Part shown: one piece after another, positions 61,583-64,000 of the stretch
Layout of the letters: every line of letters starts with the position of its first letter
Numbering within the stretch: the stretch's first letter is position 1
Origin: the human T2T-CHM13v2.0 reference genome, Homo sapiens
DNA: 64,000 bases
NCBI RefSeq assembly: GCF_009914755.1
Contig: NC_060938.1
Direction: 5' to 3' (one strand)
Notes under the pieces: generated by a model
Told to the model about the DNA's origin: nothing
The model's database searches: none
What the model saw: the letters and a program-made list of their open reading frames with translations, nothing else
Program-made: the position numbers and the translations under genes

Positions 61583-62126
61583 TGTATTAACCTACATTAA
61601 CTAATCGCCCCAAAACTTGGCATCTAAAACCAATACACCTTCATTATCTCACAGTTTCTGTGTGTCAGGAATCCAGGTACAACTTAACTGAGTCCTCTGC
61701 TTCATGGCCTGTCACAAGGTTGTAATCAAGGTATTGATCCAGGCTCATTTAAGAGCCCAGACTGGGAAGGATCTACTTCTACACTCAGTCAATGATTGTG
61801 ATTAGCATTTAGTTGCATACAGGTTGATGGCCTGAGAGCCTTGGTTCCTTGCTGACTGTTGGCCAGAGGCTCCCCTCAGTTCCCTGCCAGAAAGCTTGCC
61901 TTGCTGAAGCGTACAACCTGAGAAAAAAATAGTCTGTTCGCAAGACAGAAATCACAATCTTTTGTCATCTAATCATGGAAGTGGCATCCCCGCACTTTTG
62001 CCATATACTAATGATCAAAAGCAAGTCACCCTGTCTATCCCACACTCAAGGAGAGGGAATTACACAAGAGTATGAATATAAGGAGGCGGGGATCGTTGGG
62101 GACCACCTTAGACGCTGCCTACTGCA
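61583..62126 (-). mobile_element. MLT1F-like LTR inserted in LTR16
   Basis: 'attatctcacagtttctgtgtgtcaggaatcc...ggaggcggggatcgttggggaccaccttag'. Confidence 0.75.
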
Positions 62127-62584
62127 AGTTCAGTCTCAAAGTCCACAGCTGGTAGCTTCAGCATGATCCTGCAGAACTCTGGAAGTAAGTTAGGCTTCAG
62201 AGTTGTTCCAACCCAGGGAAAGGGGGCTAGGGCTTTATATTCCCATAACCAGTCATTGGTTAGTGGTCCCCTCAGTGGGGCACAAATTTCCAGGCAGGTG
62301 CTCTTTATGCGTGCATGTAAGGTGGGTTCCAGTAGGTGGGCAGACCTCAAAAAAAAAAGAAGGGTTGTAGGTATGGGCTGTTGGAAGTGAAAGCATACTG
62401 AATCTCTGGTTAAAGGGAATAGTAAAAAAAGGCCCTGGGCAGAGCATCAGTATTGTGCTTTCCAGTGAATGATGGAATGAAAAAGGCACTTTCCATAAGG
62501 TTGTCAATAGCAGTAATAATAAAGCTCCTATTACTTCATGTGGCTATTCTAGTCAGAGGTCTTTGATTTCAAGAAAAGAAAACC

Positions 62585-62796
62585 CCCATCCTGGCTAACA
62601 CGGTGAAACCCCGTCTCTATGAAAATACAAAAAATCAGCCGGGCGTGGTGGCGGGCGCCTGTAGTCCCAGCTACTCGGGAGGCTGAGGCAGGAGAATGGC
62701 GTGAACCCAGGGGGCGGAGCTTGCAGTGAGCCGAGATGCGCCACTGCACTCCAGCCTGGGCGACAGAGCAAGACTCCACCTCAAAAAAAAAAAAAA
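62585..62796 (+). mobile_element. 5'-truncated young AluY
   Basis: Y diagnostics with most CpGs intact; perfect TSD AAGAAAAGAAAACC at 62571-62584 and 62797-62810. Confidence 0.93.
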
Positions 62797-63349
62797 AAGA
62801 AAAGAAAACCTACTTGTTTGAACTATTGAAAGGCTACTGAGAAACTGCTCACAGGACCTAAGAGCGGTACTGTCATGGCTCAAAACTCCTAATCCTGGGA
62901 ACTGGGAAAAGGAGAAGCACAGAAGACCCAGGAAGCCATTCTTTTTTTTAATTTATACGTAATAGTTATTCATATCCAGAAAGCCACTCTTACTTTTTCT
63001 ATTGCTCTCTGAGATCAAGAGACCTTCATTTGCTTTTCTTTCTAGATCCCTGCCTCACTTTTCTCTCTGAGAACAGATTTTCTCTACCCACTGATCCACA
63101 GATCATGCTTGCTTTTTTAGCCCCTGGATAACTTTTCAGATCAGCTCTCTACAAACAGTTGCTTCAGTTTCTCCAAATTCCTATGGCTACATAGAATACA
63201 ATGTTTTAAAATATTAACTGTAGTTATCTAGAAGTAGCAGAAGTATAAATAATTTTGCTTTTTGTCCTATTCTATATCTGTTTCCAAATTTTCTACAGTT
63301 AACACGCAATGCATTTATAATCAGTAAAGGAAAAATCTGGCTGGACTAA

Positions 63350-63745
<396 letters not shown>

Positions 63746-64000
63746 TGGAAAGATATAGTATTGTTAGAATAGCGCAGCTAAGTTAAGCAGTGAGGGGCAG
63801 TCACTGTGAGCAATGGAAAGTTTTATTGTCTTATTTATTATTTGCTATGAGGATCTGAAGAACCTGAAAAGGCATACATGAAGCATTCTCCCAGGACGAA
63901 GATGGGACCTCGGGAGGAGGACTGATGGTACCATGGGGCAGGAGAGGAAGAAAGGAGACCGACCAGGATAGACACCATATGTACTGTTGGGTGACTCTGG

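Overview
Primate (very likely human) genomic DNA, intergenic or deep-intronic and dominated by transposable-element remnants. It holds about 27 Alus (J, S, Y, FLAM/FRAM), a ~5.8 kb L1PB, a 5'-truncated L1PA5-like copy and a young L1PA2-like insertion with a twin-priming 5' inversion. Also present are many LTRs (THE1 x3, MSTA, MLT1/MLT2, MER11, MER50, MER34/39-like, LTR33, LTR41), an LTR16/ERVL provirus remnant, MIR, L2, L3/CR1 and DNA-transposon MITEs. I find no convincing host protein-coding exon, RNA gene or CRISPR array. The long ORFs in the track derive from L1, Alu or MaLR sequence. I cannot support a new biological system. The best structural oddities are: (1) a 32-bp exact templated insertion copied from 1.4 kb upstream; (2) a cluster of AT-rich palindromes, including a 154-bp one; (3) a tail-to-tail inverted Alu pair sharing the same non-consensus G-rich expansion; (4) a minisatellite born from a MIR; (5) an Alu-linker GAA/polypurine tract; (6) a stop-free L1 RT-domain ORF in an inverted L1 segment; (7) a rare 5'-inverted Alu monomer. 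Subfamily names come from recalled consensus features, not a database search.
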